Source: Octopus vulgaris (taxonomy: Eukaryota). From it: DNA of 64,000 nucleotides. Positions within the stretch are counted from its first letter, which is position 1. Each line of letters begins with the position of its first letter. The position numbers and the translations under genes were made by a program. Of the stretch, positions 38,522 through 50,743 are shown one piece after another. The DNA lies in NCBI GenBank assembly GCA_951406725.2, contig OX597828.1:1240001-1304000 (forward strand). Reading direction: 5' to 3'. The notes beneath the pieces are model-generated. The model did no database searches. It saw only the letters and a list, made by a program, of their open reading frames with translations, and was not told the origin of the DNA.

Positions 38522-39435
38522 ATTATTACATTATATAAAAGGGCTTAGTAAAATACATTACTTTGCCACATACTGAACTCATTAGAAATAGTAGCTAAAA
38601 AAACTTTTTTAAAACTATTTCTAATACTTAAAGAAAATCTCTCTCATATAGTGTTTGCTCAATTCAACTCACGAAAGTATGGGGGTAAAGACAAAGTTTT
38701 TTTAGCTACTATTTCTAATGAGTTCAGTATGTGGCAAAGTAATGTATTTTACTAAGCCCTTTTATATAATGTAATAATTTGAATTCGCCTTAAATGGTCC
38801 CTTTACATACTGAACACTTGGTGAAATTGATTAATAATTAATTAATTAATTTTACCCTCAATTGTTGAAATTATAATTCATCTCTCTCTATTAAATGTTT
38901 CGGATTTACCGAAAAAGCATAGTGTTTACTGATTTTAACCCACGCTGGTGGAAAGGGGAGAGCAGAAATTCTTCGCTTGCATATTTTGGGTGTGCTGGCA
39001 CTGTTAGTTTCGAGCAGATCTTCAGAAGCGATAAGAAGCCGAAAGGGTATGCTCCCACTTTCAGTGTTTTCAAATCCAAACCAAGGAGTTCTGAGCTGAT
39101 GATAGAAATGTCGAGTTTGACTAATCTTGAAACGTACGTTCTCAAATAACCTTTGCATTTGATTTTTTAATGTCTTTACCCCCATACTTTCGTGAGTTGA
39201 ATTGAGCAAACACTATATGAGAGAGATTTTCTTTAAGTATTAGAAATAGTTTTAAAAAAGTTTTTTTAGCTACTATTTCTAATGAGTTCAGTATGTGGCA
39301 AAGTAATGTATTTTACTAAGCCCTTTTATATAATGTAATAATTTGAATTCGCCTTAAATGGTCCCTTTACATACTGAACACTTGGTGAAATTGATTAATA
39401 ATTAATTAATTAATTTTACCCTCAATTGTTGAAAT
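38522..39435 (+). mobile_element. Non-coding PLE/retrozyme-like element (inverted plus partial-tandem termini)
   Basis: 38522-38693 is the reverse complement of 39171-39342, and 38693-38871 is a direct copy of 39257-39435. Flanked by (TA)n/(TAGA)n and contains a hammerhead. Confidence 0.75.
39092..39144 (+). ncRNA. Type I hammerhead ribozyme (canonical core)
   Basis: UGAG-CUGAUGA-uAGA(aauGUCGAguUUGACuaa)UCUu-GAAAC-GUAC-GUU-CUCA. Stem I is UGAG/CUCA, stem III is the palindrome AACGUACGUU, and predicted cleavage is after 39140. Confidence 0.75.
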
Positions 39436-39761
39436 ATATATATATATATATATATATATAGATAGATATATATATAGATATATATATATATAGATAGATA
39501 TATATATATAGATAGATATATATATATATATAGATAGATATATATATAGATAGATAGATATATAGATAGATAGATATAGATATATATATATAGATAGATA
39601 TATATAGATAGATATAGATATATATATATAGATAGATAGATAGATAGATATATATAGATAGATAGATATAGATATATAGATATATATATATAACAAGGTA
39701 TAAATAATGGTCATTACAAATTTTTCTTTATTAGAGTAAATTTGGCTATATAGATAGATAT

Positions 39762-39805
<44 letters not shown>

Positions 39806-39989
39806 CAAGGTATAAATAATGGTCATTACATATTTTTCTTTATTAGAGTAAATTTGGCTTACAACTGTTTCCATTAGTTGTCCTAGGTACATTACTAATA
39901 GGTTTACTCAATTGGTCTCTTGATCAGTTGAGAAAAAAATGAATGACATCAAATAAGGCGTCAGAGGATTTAAAAAAAAGAATTTTTCC

Positions 39990-42740
39990 TGCAGTTTTTT
40001 TCTGAGGAATTGGATCTTTGCACCAAAGCAGAAACGAAGGTTCAAGTGAAAGAAAATGCTATGCTGGTATTTAAACCTGAGTGAATGGTACCTTTTGTAG
40101 TGTTAAAACAAGCCAACAAAGAATTGGATAGACTTGAAAAGCTTAGTGTTGAAAAAAATGGATTACAGCTTATGTCAAGAAAAAAAAAAAAAAAAAAAAT
40201 CCAAGTATGTGCTGATTTCTCAGTGGGATTAACTGAATGTTTGATACTATATAATTACCTGTTACCAAGTCTGGAAGAAATTTCCGCAAAGTTGAATGAA
40301 GGAAATTTTTTTTCAAAGTTGGACCTATCTGAAACGGGTTGTATAAATTTAATTGACTCCCCTTTGCTATAAAAGTAGCACCTGGCATTTTCCAACAAGT
40401 TATGGACATTATTCTCACAGGTTCGGACTGTAGATTTACCTTGATGACATACTCCTAAAAAGTGAATTTTGAGGTCATCATGCTGAGCATGTTAAAAAGG
40501 TCTTTGAAATAATAAAAGAGTATCATTTTAAGCTCAGTGTGGAAAAGAGGGAAATTTTTTTGCAATGAATAGGGCAGATTATTGATGAAAATGGATGCAG
40601 ACCAGACCTGTCTAGGGTAAGTGCAATAAAAAATATGCTTCCCCCAAAGAACATTACAATGTTACAAGCATATTTGGGACTTGCAAATTACTACCAGATA
40701 CCCATACCGAATATGCACAATTTAAGAGCATCCCTGAATAACTTATTAAAAAAAGATGTTAAGTTGGACTGGTCAGGCAAATGCCAAAAAGCTTTTGAAG
40801 AAATTAAAAACGTCTTAACATCAGAATTGTTATCACATTTTGATCTGAATTTAGAAATAATAGTGGCAGCAAATGCCAGTGAAAGTAGTATTGGAGCTGT
40901 GATTTTACACAAGTTTGAAGATGGTAGCCTTATGCTTTGCGTTCTTTATTTCTGGCTGAGAAAAGCTACAGTCAAATAGAAAAAGAAGCATTAGCTATCA
41001 TATTTGTGGTAAAAAAATTCCATAAATTTATACATGGAAAGAGGTTCCATCTGCAGACAAACCACCGCCCATTATTGTTGATTAAAAAAAGGGTATCCCC
41101 ACTCATACAGCCAACAGACTGCAGTGCTAGGGAATGATCGTACTGAATTACAACTTCAAAATGGAGTATTTGCTATCAAAAAAATTGGGACATAAAGATT
41201 AATACCAAAATACAGTGAGCCACTAGAAGACACAGTGATAGTGGCATTAAAAGCTAAAAATGAAATAAAAATTACATTGTGCAATGAAGTGCATGTGACA
41301 TTGGAGGAAATAAAAATTAAGGCAGACACAGATGAGTTTATCATAAAATGAAAAAACAGTGAGATCAGAAGAAGCTAATAAAAAAATATGTGTGGCTGGA
41401 CGTAACATGGTTTTGAATTTGTATTTGATATGTGATAATGCACAGGTTGAATGTTTGTATTTGATATGTGATAATGCACAAGGTTGAATGTTTCAGGAAA
41501 TCCACACTGGACATCCTGGAATTTCTAGAATGAAGTTGCTTATGAAGAGTTATGTTTATTGGCCAAAAATGGATCTAGATATCGAGAAGTTGGTAAAATC
41601 CTGCAGAGGTTGCGCTCTTGCAGCGAAATCACCACCTATAAAATTTCAACCTTGGCCCAAGACCAGATATTCCATGGTCCAGAATACACATAGACTTTGC
41701 AGGACCATTAAACCAACCATATTATCTAATTGTAGTAGATAGCTTTACTAAATAGCCAGGAATGTGTAAATGCAGAAAACAGACATCCACAGTAACAGTT
41801 GAATTTCTACACAAACTTTTTGCTAGGTATGGTGTTCCAGATACCTTAGTCTCTAATAATGGTACATAATTCACAGTGAATGAATTTAAGAATTTTTGCA
41901 AAAAGTACTCAATTGAACATATTCCTTCTCCGTATCGCCCAAGATCTAACAGGCAAGCAGAAAGTTCCATGGATAGATTTAAAAGAGCATTAAAGAAATC
42001 AAGAAACAAGCTAGTTGATGACGCAGCATTGACACAATTCTTGAGGGTTTATAGGATAACACCAAACCCAAACACTGTTTCAGGCAAGTCGCCAGCGGAA
42101 CTAATGTTTGCTTGAAAAATAAAGTGAAATTTTGAGAAGCTGCTACCAATAAGAAAAACATACAGGGAAAACCCTAAAAATGTATTTTAATATTGGTGAC
42201 AAGGTGTTTTTCAAAATATATAAAAATGGACAACAGGGTTGGGAAAATGGAGTAGTAACAAAAAGAATAGGTAAAATGACATACGATAAGAGGCGAAGAA
42301 TAGGAACACAAAAGGCATTTAAACCTGCTAAAATAGGGAAAACAGAAAAGAGATACCTATGGAAATGTTCTATGACACCTTTGATGATCCAACGCCGCAA
42401 TAAATTGAACCTAGGCATAGCAGCACAAGAAAGAGGAAACAAACAGAACGGTTGGAAGTAGTGCCTAAACAGAAGAAATATTAAACTTCTCTAGTAGGAA
42501 AATCTCAAAAAGGGAGATGTGATGATCAAAAATAAATAAATAAATATAATATCAACTTCCAACGGAAGTCAATCTCAAAGGGGGAGATGTTGTGGTGAGA
42601 GTCATTGACACCCCTGGGGGATTGGAAGAATGGACTATCCGAACTCTTATAAAGAGTAGAGGTTGTGGAGAGAGTGTTTTGCTAGTCTTGTGAAGTATGT
42701 CGTGTGAACACATTGATTAAACCGCTTCATTAATTCATAC
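39990..42740 (+). mobile_element. Ty3/Gypsy LTR retrotransposon remnant (RT-RNase H-integrase, PPT, 3' LTR start)
   Basis: FFSKLDLSE, YLDDILL, YSQIEKEALAIIF, integrase HTGHPG...CRGC and RSNRQAES. Polypurine tract AAAGGGGGAGA followed by TGTTG at ~42578-42592. Confidence 0.93.
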
Positions 42741-42743
42741 GAG

Positions 42744-43190
42744 ATGGCCTGTTCAAGATCCTTGCCAAGATTGGCTGTCCCTCCAAAACTCCTTAGGATT
42801 GTCCAGTCATTTCACACAGACATGAAAGGCATCATTCAATTTGATGGCGGTTTTTGGGAGGCTTTCAATATGCATAGTGGGGTAAAGCAGGTCTGTATGC
42901 TTACCCCCCACCTGGTTTGGAATTTTCTTTGTAGTCGTACTGGAACATGCATTTGTGGCATCAACTGATGGAGTTTATTTCCACACTTGGTCAGGTGACA
43001 AACTGTTTAATTTGTTGAGGCTGAAAGTAAAATCCAGAGTGCTCCAGGTACTCGTCAGAGAAATGCTGTTCGCAGATGATGCAGCACTGACAAAGTGCGC
43101 TCTGGAAAGCAAATACAGCACCTCATGGACAAACTTTTAAAGGCCTGTCAGAAATTCAGTCTGAAGAAGACATAAGCAATGGGCCTAAGT
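42744..43190 (+). mobile_element. RTE/BovB-like RT fragment
   Basis: PPKLLRIVQSFHTDMKG...SGVKQVCML and VREMLFADDAAL. Confidence 0.85.
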
Positions 43191-43378
43191 AATGGGCATC
43201 CTGAGATGGGTTGAGGTTGCAGATGATTGCCCACACTGGAGACAAATAATGTGAAAGGGTATGGAGAGAGCAGGAAAAAAATAGGAACAGCGCACAGTAG
43301 TGCTGGCAGAGAGCTCCTTCAGATGTAGTTGCTGTATGTGTGACTGCTTCTCCTGTGTGGGCCTCTACAACTACACAC

Positions 43379-43430
<52 letters not shown>

Positions 43431-44201
43431 ATATGTGTGTGTCTGTGTATATACACACACACATTTATATACATGTATTTGTATATATATGTGTGTATGT
43501 ATGTATATACATGTGTATATATATGTATGTATATACATGTGTATATATATGTATGTATATACATGTGTATACATATGTATATATATATATATGTATGTAT
43601 ATATGTATGTATATATATTCTGTTGTGTCTGGTGAGAGTCATTTTCCTTTTGTGCCTTATAATGTAACACACTCACCGGTAAAATTTCCACATTTTTCTT
43701 ATTTTTATTTTCCTAAAACTTTCGTTGCGTCTTGCAACCTTTTCAATAGTTTTGACTCTGTCCGTTATTTACACTGCGTTCCTTTTTGTTTGTTTGTGCG
43801 CATGTGTGTGGGTGAGTGTGTGTATTTGCATGTGTATGTATATATGTGTGCATCTGCATATTTATGTGCTTGCATGTCCGTGTTTGTGTATTTTCTATGT
43901 ATGTGTGTGTAAGCATGTGTTTGTATATGTGTGCATCTGTCTCCTTGTGTGTGCATGTCTGTGTGTGTGTGTGTTATGCAACTATGTACCATGTTTGTAT
44001 GTATCGATGTGCATCTTTATGTGTGGATCCATGTCTCCATATGTGTCTGTTCTTATAGCCTATGTACCTATCCGTCTGTATGTTGATCTGTTTATTTTCA
44101 TATCTATATGCTTACATACAGGAAAATAAAAAAAAGTGCATACGCACACATACATACATTTGTCTCCCTAACAGTCCACTAACTATTCTACTCTACCTGT
44201 G

Positions 44202-46145
44202 GCAGACTATCAGTAGATAGCCCACGGAACTATGTCCAGACCATGCAACAACACATCAGTAGCATGAGAGAAGTTACATCACATGAACATGAAAGAGTGG
44301 AAAAACTTCTCAATGCACACATGGGAATGTGGTGCAACATACGCCAACCTATAAAAAGGACGGCACACAATTTCCAGGCATCCAACAATGATGTTCCTAC
44401 ACTATACGGGTTATGTAAAGACCACAAACCCTACGTAAACTCTGTCACAGGGCCCCCAACCAGACCAGTTTGTAGAGCAAACATCTCCAGCAACTGTAGA
44501 CTGTCCTACTTCCTCTCACAGGTATTGCGACCTCTCATAGAGATGTCTCCGGATGTCTGTATGAGTACGGAAGAGCTCCTCAGTAAAATCAGTACTTGCA
44601 ACCACACCAATGACCTCACAGGTTGTATAGTGGGTAGTATGGATGTAATTTCACTCTACCAATCTATAGACATAGATTTTGCTGTGGAGAAATGCATTCA
44701 AGCAATCTCTGAAAGTGAAGTGGAATTCCGTAAGGTCAACACTAGGGAACTGGGCCTCCTCCTCAGACTATGCTATGACAATAACTATTTAGATGACCCT
44801 GACCTTAGTAAATTCTGCCCCACCAAGTCACAGAGGGGAAGACCATCCACCATCACTTCAGCAGTGAAGAAAAGCACCACAGAGCGCTGGAGTGGCTGGA
44901 CCGCACCCACCCAAAAGCCTGAAAACAACAATCAGGTGAAGGAAACGGTTGCATTTGCAATAGGGGCCAGTGTAAAAACCACCTTGAAAAGCCACATAGT
45001 AAAGTTTAATAAAAAATACTATACATGCAGGTTCAAGGTGCAGCCATTGGTGTAGGTATAGCTGGAGATGTGGCTGGCCTCTTCATGACCTGGTGGGGCA
45101 GAAAATTTAAACAAATGTTAGCAGAACAGTCCACAACTCTGCTACTCTACAGTAGATATGTAGATGACATTAATATAATAGTTCGAACCAACTCTAGTGA
45201 TGGTAATGTAGAGACTGAGAAGAACGTAATGGAAAGCATCCAGCAAATAGCTAACTCCATTCACCAAAGTATCAAGGAGTACTATAGATTACCCCACTAA
45301 GAACCCTAACAATAGACTCCCTTGATACTGAACTTTGGTTAGAGACTGTGAACAATAGAGTACAGCTCCTCCACTCTTATTATACGAAACCCTTAACTTC
45401 AAAGTATGTTGTTCACAAGAATTCAGCTTTGTCACACAACAAGAAAATTAACATACTGATAGCAGACTTAGTTAGAATAATGAACAATGTGTCCCCACTA
45501 TGCAAACCCTATGAAATGAAAAAACATATACAGAACTTCATACACCGCATGCAGTTCTCTGGATATAATCAGAAAGATAGGGTTCGGGTATACAGGGGGG
45601 CTAGAAAGAAATTAGATAACATACGTAATGGTACCAGTGGTACCTGCCCTAGATATAGAAACAAAGAATGGAATAGAATACATAGAACTTGTGACAAAGC
45701 AAACAGGACGAACACATGGTATAAAACTGACAAATATCAAGGAGTGATTTTTGTAGAGGCCTCAGCCCATGGAGAGCTAGCCTGTAGATTTAGAAAAGCT
45801 CTGAAGGAGACCAAACTCAACTTTAAAATTGTTGAAAAGCCAGGGAACTCCATCAGATCACAACTATGTAGGACGTACCCCTTTAAGAATACCATATGCA
45901 CCAATGATAACTGCATGGTATGTAAGATTAGCCCTGGCATTAACTGTAAAACTCGAAATGTAGTTTACAGTATAAGATGCATAGAAGGTGCTTGTAAGGA
46001 CATGAACATGACGTATATAGGGAAGACATCTAGGAGCATTGCAGAACGAATAAATGAACATCAAAGACAATATGATGACAGAAAACAGTCCTCCATACTC
46101 TACCAACATGCCAAAGACCACCATAGCCACAGTTTACACAGGTAG
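44202..46145 (+). mobile_element. Penelope-like element, RT plus C-terminal GIY-YIG (frameshifted, truncated)
   Basis: PTLYGLCKDHK, RPVC, GSMDVISLY, QGAAIG, YSRYVDD, YTKP, then C..C..VC...CKTRNVVYSIRC...YIGKTSRSIAERINEH. Flanked by ~360-bp inverted arms 43834-44201/46137-46494. Confidence 0.92.
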
Positions 46146-46977
46146 AGTAGAATAGTTAGTGGACTGTTAGGGAGATAAATGTATGTGTGTGTGTTTGTGT
46201 GTGTATGCACTTTTTTTTCCCCCTGTATGTAAGCATATAGATATGAAAATAAACAGATCAACATACAGACGGCTAGGTACATAGGCTATAAGAACAGACA
46301 CATATGGAGACACGGATCCATACATACAAACATGGTACATAGTTGCATAACACACACACACACACAGAGATACGCACACACAAGGAGACAGATGCACACA
46401 TATACAAACACATGCTCACACACACATACATAGAAAATACACAAACACGGACATGCAAGCACATAAATATGCAGATGCACACATATATACATACTTTTGT
46501 GTGTTTCTTAAATGGCTTACAAACACCTTCCACGCTGCAATTGTTTTCGTTCCAGCACACGATCTCAGATCAAATCACTTGCTATGCGAGTACATCTCCG
46601 TAATTATTATTTTGTACTTTACTTAATTATTGGTATATGTTTTATTGTATATTTAATTTTTTTCTATATGGTATGATTTGATTATATCATTGTTATATCC
46701 TTGTTGAATTGCTACATATATATTACTACACTCTCGGAGTGGTTGGCGTTAGGAAGGGCATCCAGCTGTAGAAACACTGCCAGATCTGACTGGCCTGGTG
46801 CAGCCTTCGGGCTCCCCAGACCCCAGTTGAACCGTCCAACCCATGCTAGCATGGAAAGCGGACGTTAAACGACGATGATGATGATGATGATGATATTGTG
46901 AAATTTGATTTAAAATTGAATAATTCCCTGTAAGTTTGGAATGATATTCCCTAATATTATATATATATATATATATA

Positions 46978-47242
46978 TCTCTTATTATAAAAGGCAGATT
47001 TTATCTGCCTCCCTTTGGGAGTTATACAAATCTACAATATAGGATTTCTTCAATTACAATTTACCTAGCAGTTTTAAGAGTACAATGCATCGCGTCATGC
47101 CAGGTCCAGTTTTTAAAATTTAAACTCCAATTAAGCAAAATTTACAGAAAACTCACATTCTGGTGTGTGTGTCAAATGCTTTTCTTAGTCTGGTTTACAC
47201 CACACGCAAACGCACACACACAGTGGGCAACGAATAAAATGA
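46978..47242 (+). mobile_element. Helitron-like 5' end, duplicated at 48825-49089
   Basis: Starts A|TCTCTTATTATAAAAGGCAG. The 265 bp are nearly identical to 48825-49089, which begins immediately after a CTAG terminus. Confidence 0.6.
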
Positions 47243-47457
47243 AAGTAAATAGCGACAGAGTGATTTGAGGAAGACTAAAGTGAAAGTATTCTGTCTATGA
47301 CGCTGATAGATACATGAGTAAAATGTATGGGAAGCTAAGAGTGAGTGAAAATGTTCTTGGAAGAGAGTAATTAGTAATAAAGTAAACATACACTCATACA
47401 TACATACATACATACATACATACATACATACATACATACATACATACATACATACAT

Positions 47458-47515
<58 letters not shown>

Positions 47516-47571
47516 ACACATACATACATACACACATACATACATACATACACATACATACATACACACAT

Positions 47572-47608
<37 letters not shown>

Positions 47609-47709
47609 CAGTATTGAAGCTTGAGAACAATCAGATACATTTGCAACACATCTGTTGAAAATATTATTGTTCACACACATACATATATATATATACAGAC
47701 AGACAGATA

Positions 47710-47749
<40 letters not shown>

Positions 47750-47753
<4 letters not shown>

Positions 47754-48170
47754 ATCCAGCATGGCCACAACCTCAAGGCTGAAACATATAAAAGAATAAC
47801 AGAATATAAATGTGTGCAAAGTACAAGAAATATTAATGCAGTATATGGGGATTGGACAATAAGCGTAAGGCAGTGTCAATGGTGGTTCCAGAAATCCCGA
47901 GCCATAAACTACAGCCTAGAAGACGAGCCTCATCCTGAAAGACCTGTAGAACTCGACAAGGACATCCTGAAAACCCTGGTGGAACAAAATATCATCGTAA
48001 CTGTTGAGGAACTAGCAGAGAAGCTTGGATTTGGTCATTCAACCATTCATTGACACCTGTGTGCTATCGGAAAAGTCAGCAAATTGGGTCAATGGGTTCC
48101 TCACGAACTTTCCGAGTCTAATTGCATGCAGAGAGTGAATGTATGCTTTTCTTTGCTGTCATATCTCACC
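47750..48170 (+). mobile_element. mariner transposase N-terminal fragment
   Basis: VYGDWTISVRQCQWWFQK...LEDEPHPERP...STIH*HL...KLGQWVPHEL. Confidence 0.9.
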
Positions 48171-48188
48171 ACTACTGCGCTATGTATA

Positions 48189-48824
48189 TCTATATATATA
48201 AAACTGTAGTTGTGTGAGTGTCTGTCCCCTTCGATTTAGATTCCTAACTACTCCCACATTTTGCGGTACAGTTTAACCAAATTCGGGTAGCTTATAGTCG
48301 TGATTCATATCGAGCCCGTCTGAATATTAGCGCGCGTCTACGATGAGTCTACGATTTTAAAAATAATTTAACATCATTTTTTATTCCATTTTAATGCATA
48401 ATTTTTCGTGTGTCGATGGCGGCGGAGTTGGCGTCCACGCTCACACCTGCACCTGTGGGGAAGGGAGTGTAAGGAAATCAACGTCGTAATGCGTTGTCAA
48501 GGAGACCAGTGTTCTTTTAGAACAACGACTTCATGGCTTGAAGACACCAAAACAGAAATGGCTAAGAAAGCGTCTACATGAGTCTACGATTTAAAAAAAA
48601 AATTACCATCGTTTTTTTCCATTTTAATGCATTTTTTCGCTATTATATAAGGGAAGTAACTCTCTAAAAATGTCTACGATGAGTCAACGATTTAAAAAAA
48701 AATTTACCATCATATTTTTTCCATTTTTAATGCATTTTTTGCTATTTTTTGGCTATAACTCTCTAAAAATGCTTATATAGTTATTTCCCTTACAAACCCG
48801 AGCAACGCCGGGCGATACTGCTAG
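48189..48824 (+). mobile_element. Non-autonomous Helitron
   Basis: A|TCTATATATATAAAA start. 3' hairpin CCCGAGCAACGCCGGG followed by CGATACTGCTAG|T. No TSD. Confidence 0.85.
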
Positions 48825-49594
48825 TCTCTTATTATAAAAGGCAGATTTTATCTGCCTCCCTTTGGGAGTTATACAAATCTACAATATAGGATTTCTTCAA
48901 TTACAATTTACCTAGCAATTTTAAGAGTACAATGCATCGCGTCATGCCAGGTCCAGTTTTTAAAATTTAAACTCCAATTAAGCAAAATTTACAGAAAACT
49001 CACATTCTGGTGTGTGTGTCAAATGCTTTTCTTAGTCTGGTTTACACCACACGCAAACGCACACACACAGTGGGCAACGAATAAAATGATAGTAATTCAC
49101 TTACTGTAGTGAGTGATTCTTTCACTCTGCCTCCCACTTCCTCTTTCAACACATAGACACGCAAATATATAAATAAAATTGTAAGCTAACGTGCGTGTGT
49201 GTGAGTGTGTGTGTGTGCGCGCGTGTGTGTGTGTGTGTGCGTGTGCGTGAGTGTGTGACAGGAAAGTTTTTACGACGAATACATAAGACCAAAGCAGAGA
49301 ATGTATTCTTTTATTTTTCTGCTTTTTCCAGCCATTGGTCTGTGGCCATGCTGGGGCAATGCCTTGAAGAATTGTAGTTTAATGAATCAACTCCAGTTTT
49401 ATTTTTGTAAGCATTGTACTTATTCTATCTGTTTCCTTTGTCAAACCACTAGGTGACAGGGATGTAAACAAACCAACATTCGTTGTCAAGCAGTGGTGGA
49501 GGACAATCACAAGCACAGACACGCACACACACACACATACATGCATACACATATACACACATACATACATACATACATATGTGTGTATATATAT

Positions 49595-49914
49595 ATTGCA
49601 GCCTGGAAGGTGTTTGTAAGCCATTTAAGAAACACACAAAAACCGTTACATTCACTTCAACATTTAAATTTAATTTGCCAAAATATTTTCGTCGCTTTCA
49701 GACCGCGACCTGTTCACTGACAAAAATATCGTGCTAACAGGTCGCGGTCTCAAAGCGACGAAAATACTTTGACAAATTAAATTTAAATGTTGAAGTGGAT
49801 CTAACGGTTTTTGTGTGTTTCTTAAATGGCTTATAAACACCTTCAACGCTGCAACTGTTTTCGTTCCAGCACACGATCTCAGATCAAGTCACTTGCTATG
49901 CAAGTACATCTCTG

Positions 49915-49918
<4 letters not shown>
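49595..49918 (+). repeat. Foldback element family A (inverted arms plus unique tail)
   Basis: Arms ~49596-49713/49736-49853, then tail GTTTTCGTTCCAGCACACGATCTCAGATC. Other pieces at 46495-46603, 53556-53748 and 62054-62190. Confidence 0.85.
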
Positions 49919-49957
<39 letters not shown>

Positions 49958-50022
49958 ATTGGTAAAAACAGTAAGATAACAAAAGAAAGAAAGAGACCTC
50001 AATATTATGTAAATAGAGGAAA

Positions 50023-50414
50023 TCTTTATATATAAAAGTGAGGTTGTGTGTCTGTCTCCTACGATTTAGATTCCTAACTACTCCCACATTTTGCGGTGCA
50101 GTTTAACCAAAACCGGCTATCTTATAGTTGTGATTCATATCGAGACCGTCTGGGTATTAGCGCGCGTCTACAATGAGTCTACGATTTAAAAAAATTTACC
50201 ATCAATTTTTCCCATTTTTAATCCATTTTTGACATATATAAGGGAAGTAACTCTCTAAAATTTATTATTAAATCTCAGAACGTAAAAAGCTACAGTAACA
50301 CCCCCCCCCTTTGTGGTTAGCCATATTGAGATGGCTATTATACTTTACATCTCTAAAAATGCTTATATAATTATTTCCCTTACAAACCCGAGCAACGCCG
50401 GGCGATACTGCTAG
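50023..50414 (+). mobile_element. Non-autonomous Helitron (shorter copy of the same family)
   Basis: A|TCTTTATATATAAAA ... CCCGAGCAACGCCGGGCGATACTGCTAG|T. Confidence 0.88.
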
Positions 50415-50429
50415 TATATATATATATAT

Positions 50430-50654
50430 ACCAGATTAATGTGAAACAAGGTGGGAAAAATAGTACTTCAATACCAGAGGTAGAGTAATATGCTTTATTA
50501 AAAAGCAGCAAAAATATCATGAAAGCTGTTACTCAGGGTTTCATATTCCCATTCGTTGGACAGTTTTGTTATTCTAAATAAAACTGTTTGATGGACGAGA
50601 ACATGAAACTCTGAGTAACCGTTTTTGTGATATTTTTGCTGCTTTTTAATAAAG
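50430..50654. repeat. Foldback element with degenerate hammerhead-like arm
   Basis: Arms 50493-50567/50580-50654. Right arm reads AAAACUGU-UUGAUGG-ACGAGAACAU-GAAAC-UCUGA-GUA-ACCGUUUU. Confidence 0.7.
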
Positions 50655-50693
50655 TGTGTGTATATATGTATACGCACACACACACTATGTATA

Positions 50694-50739
<46 letters not shown>

Positions 50740-50743
<4 letters not shown>

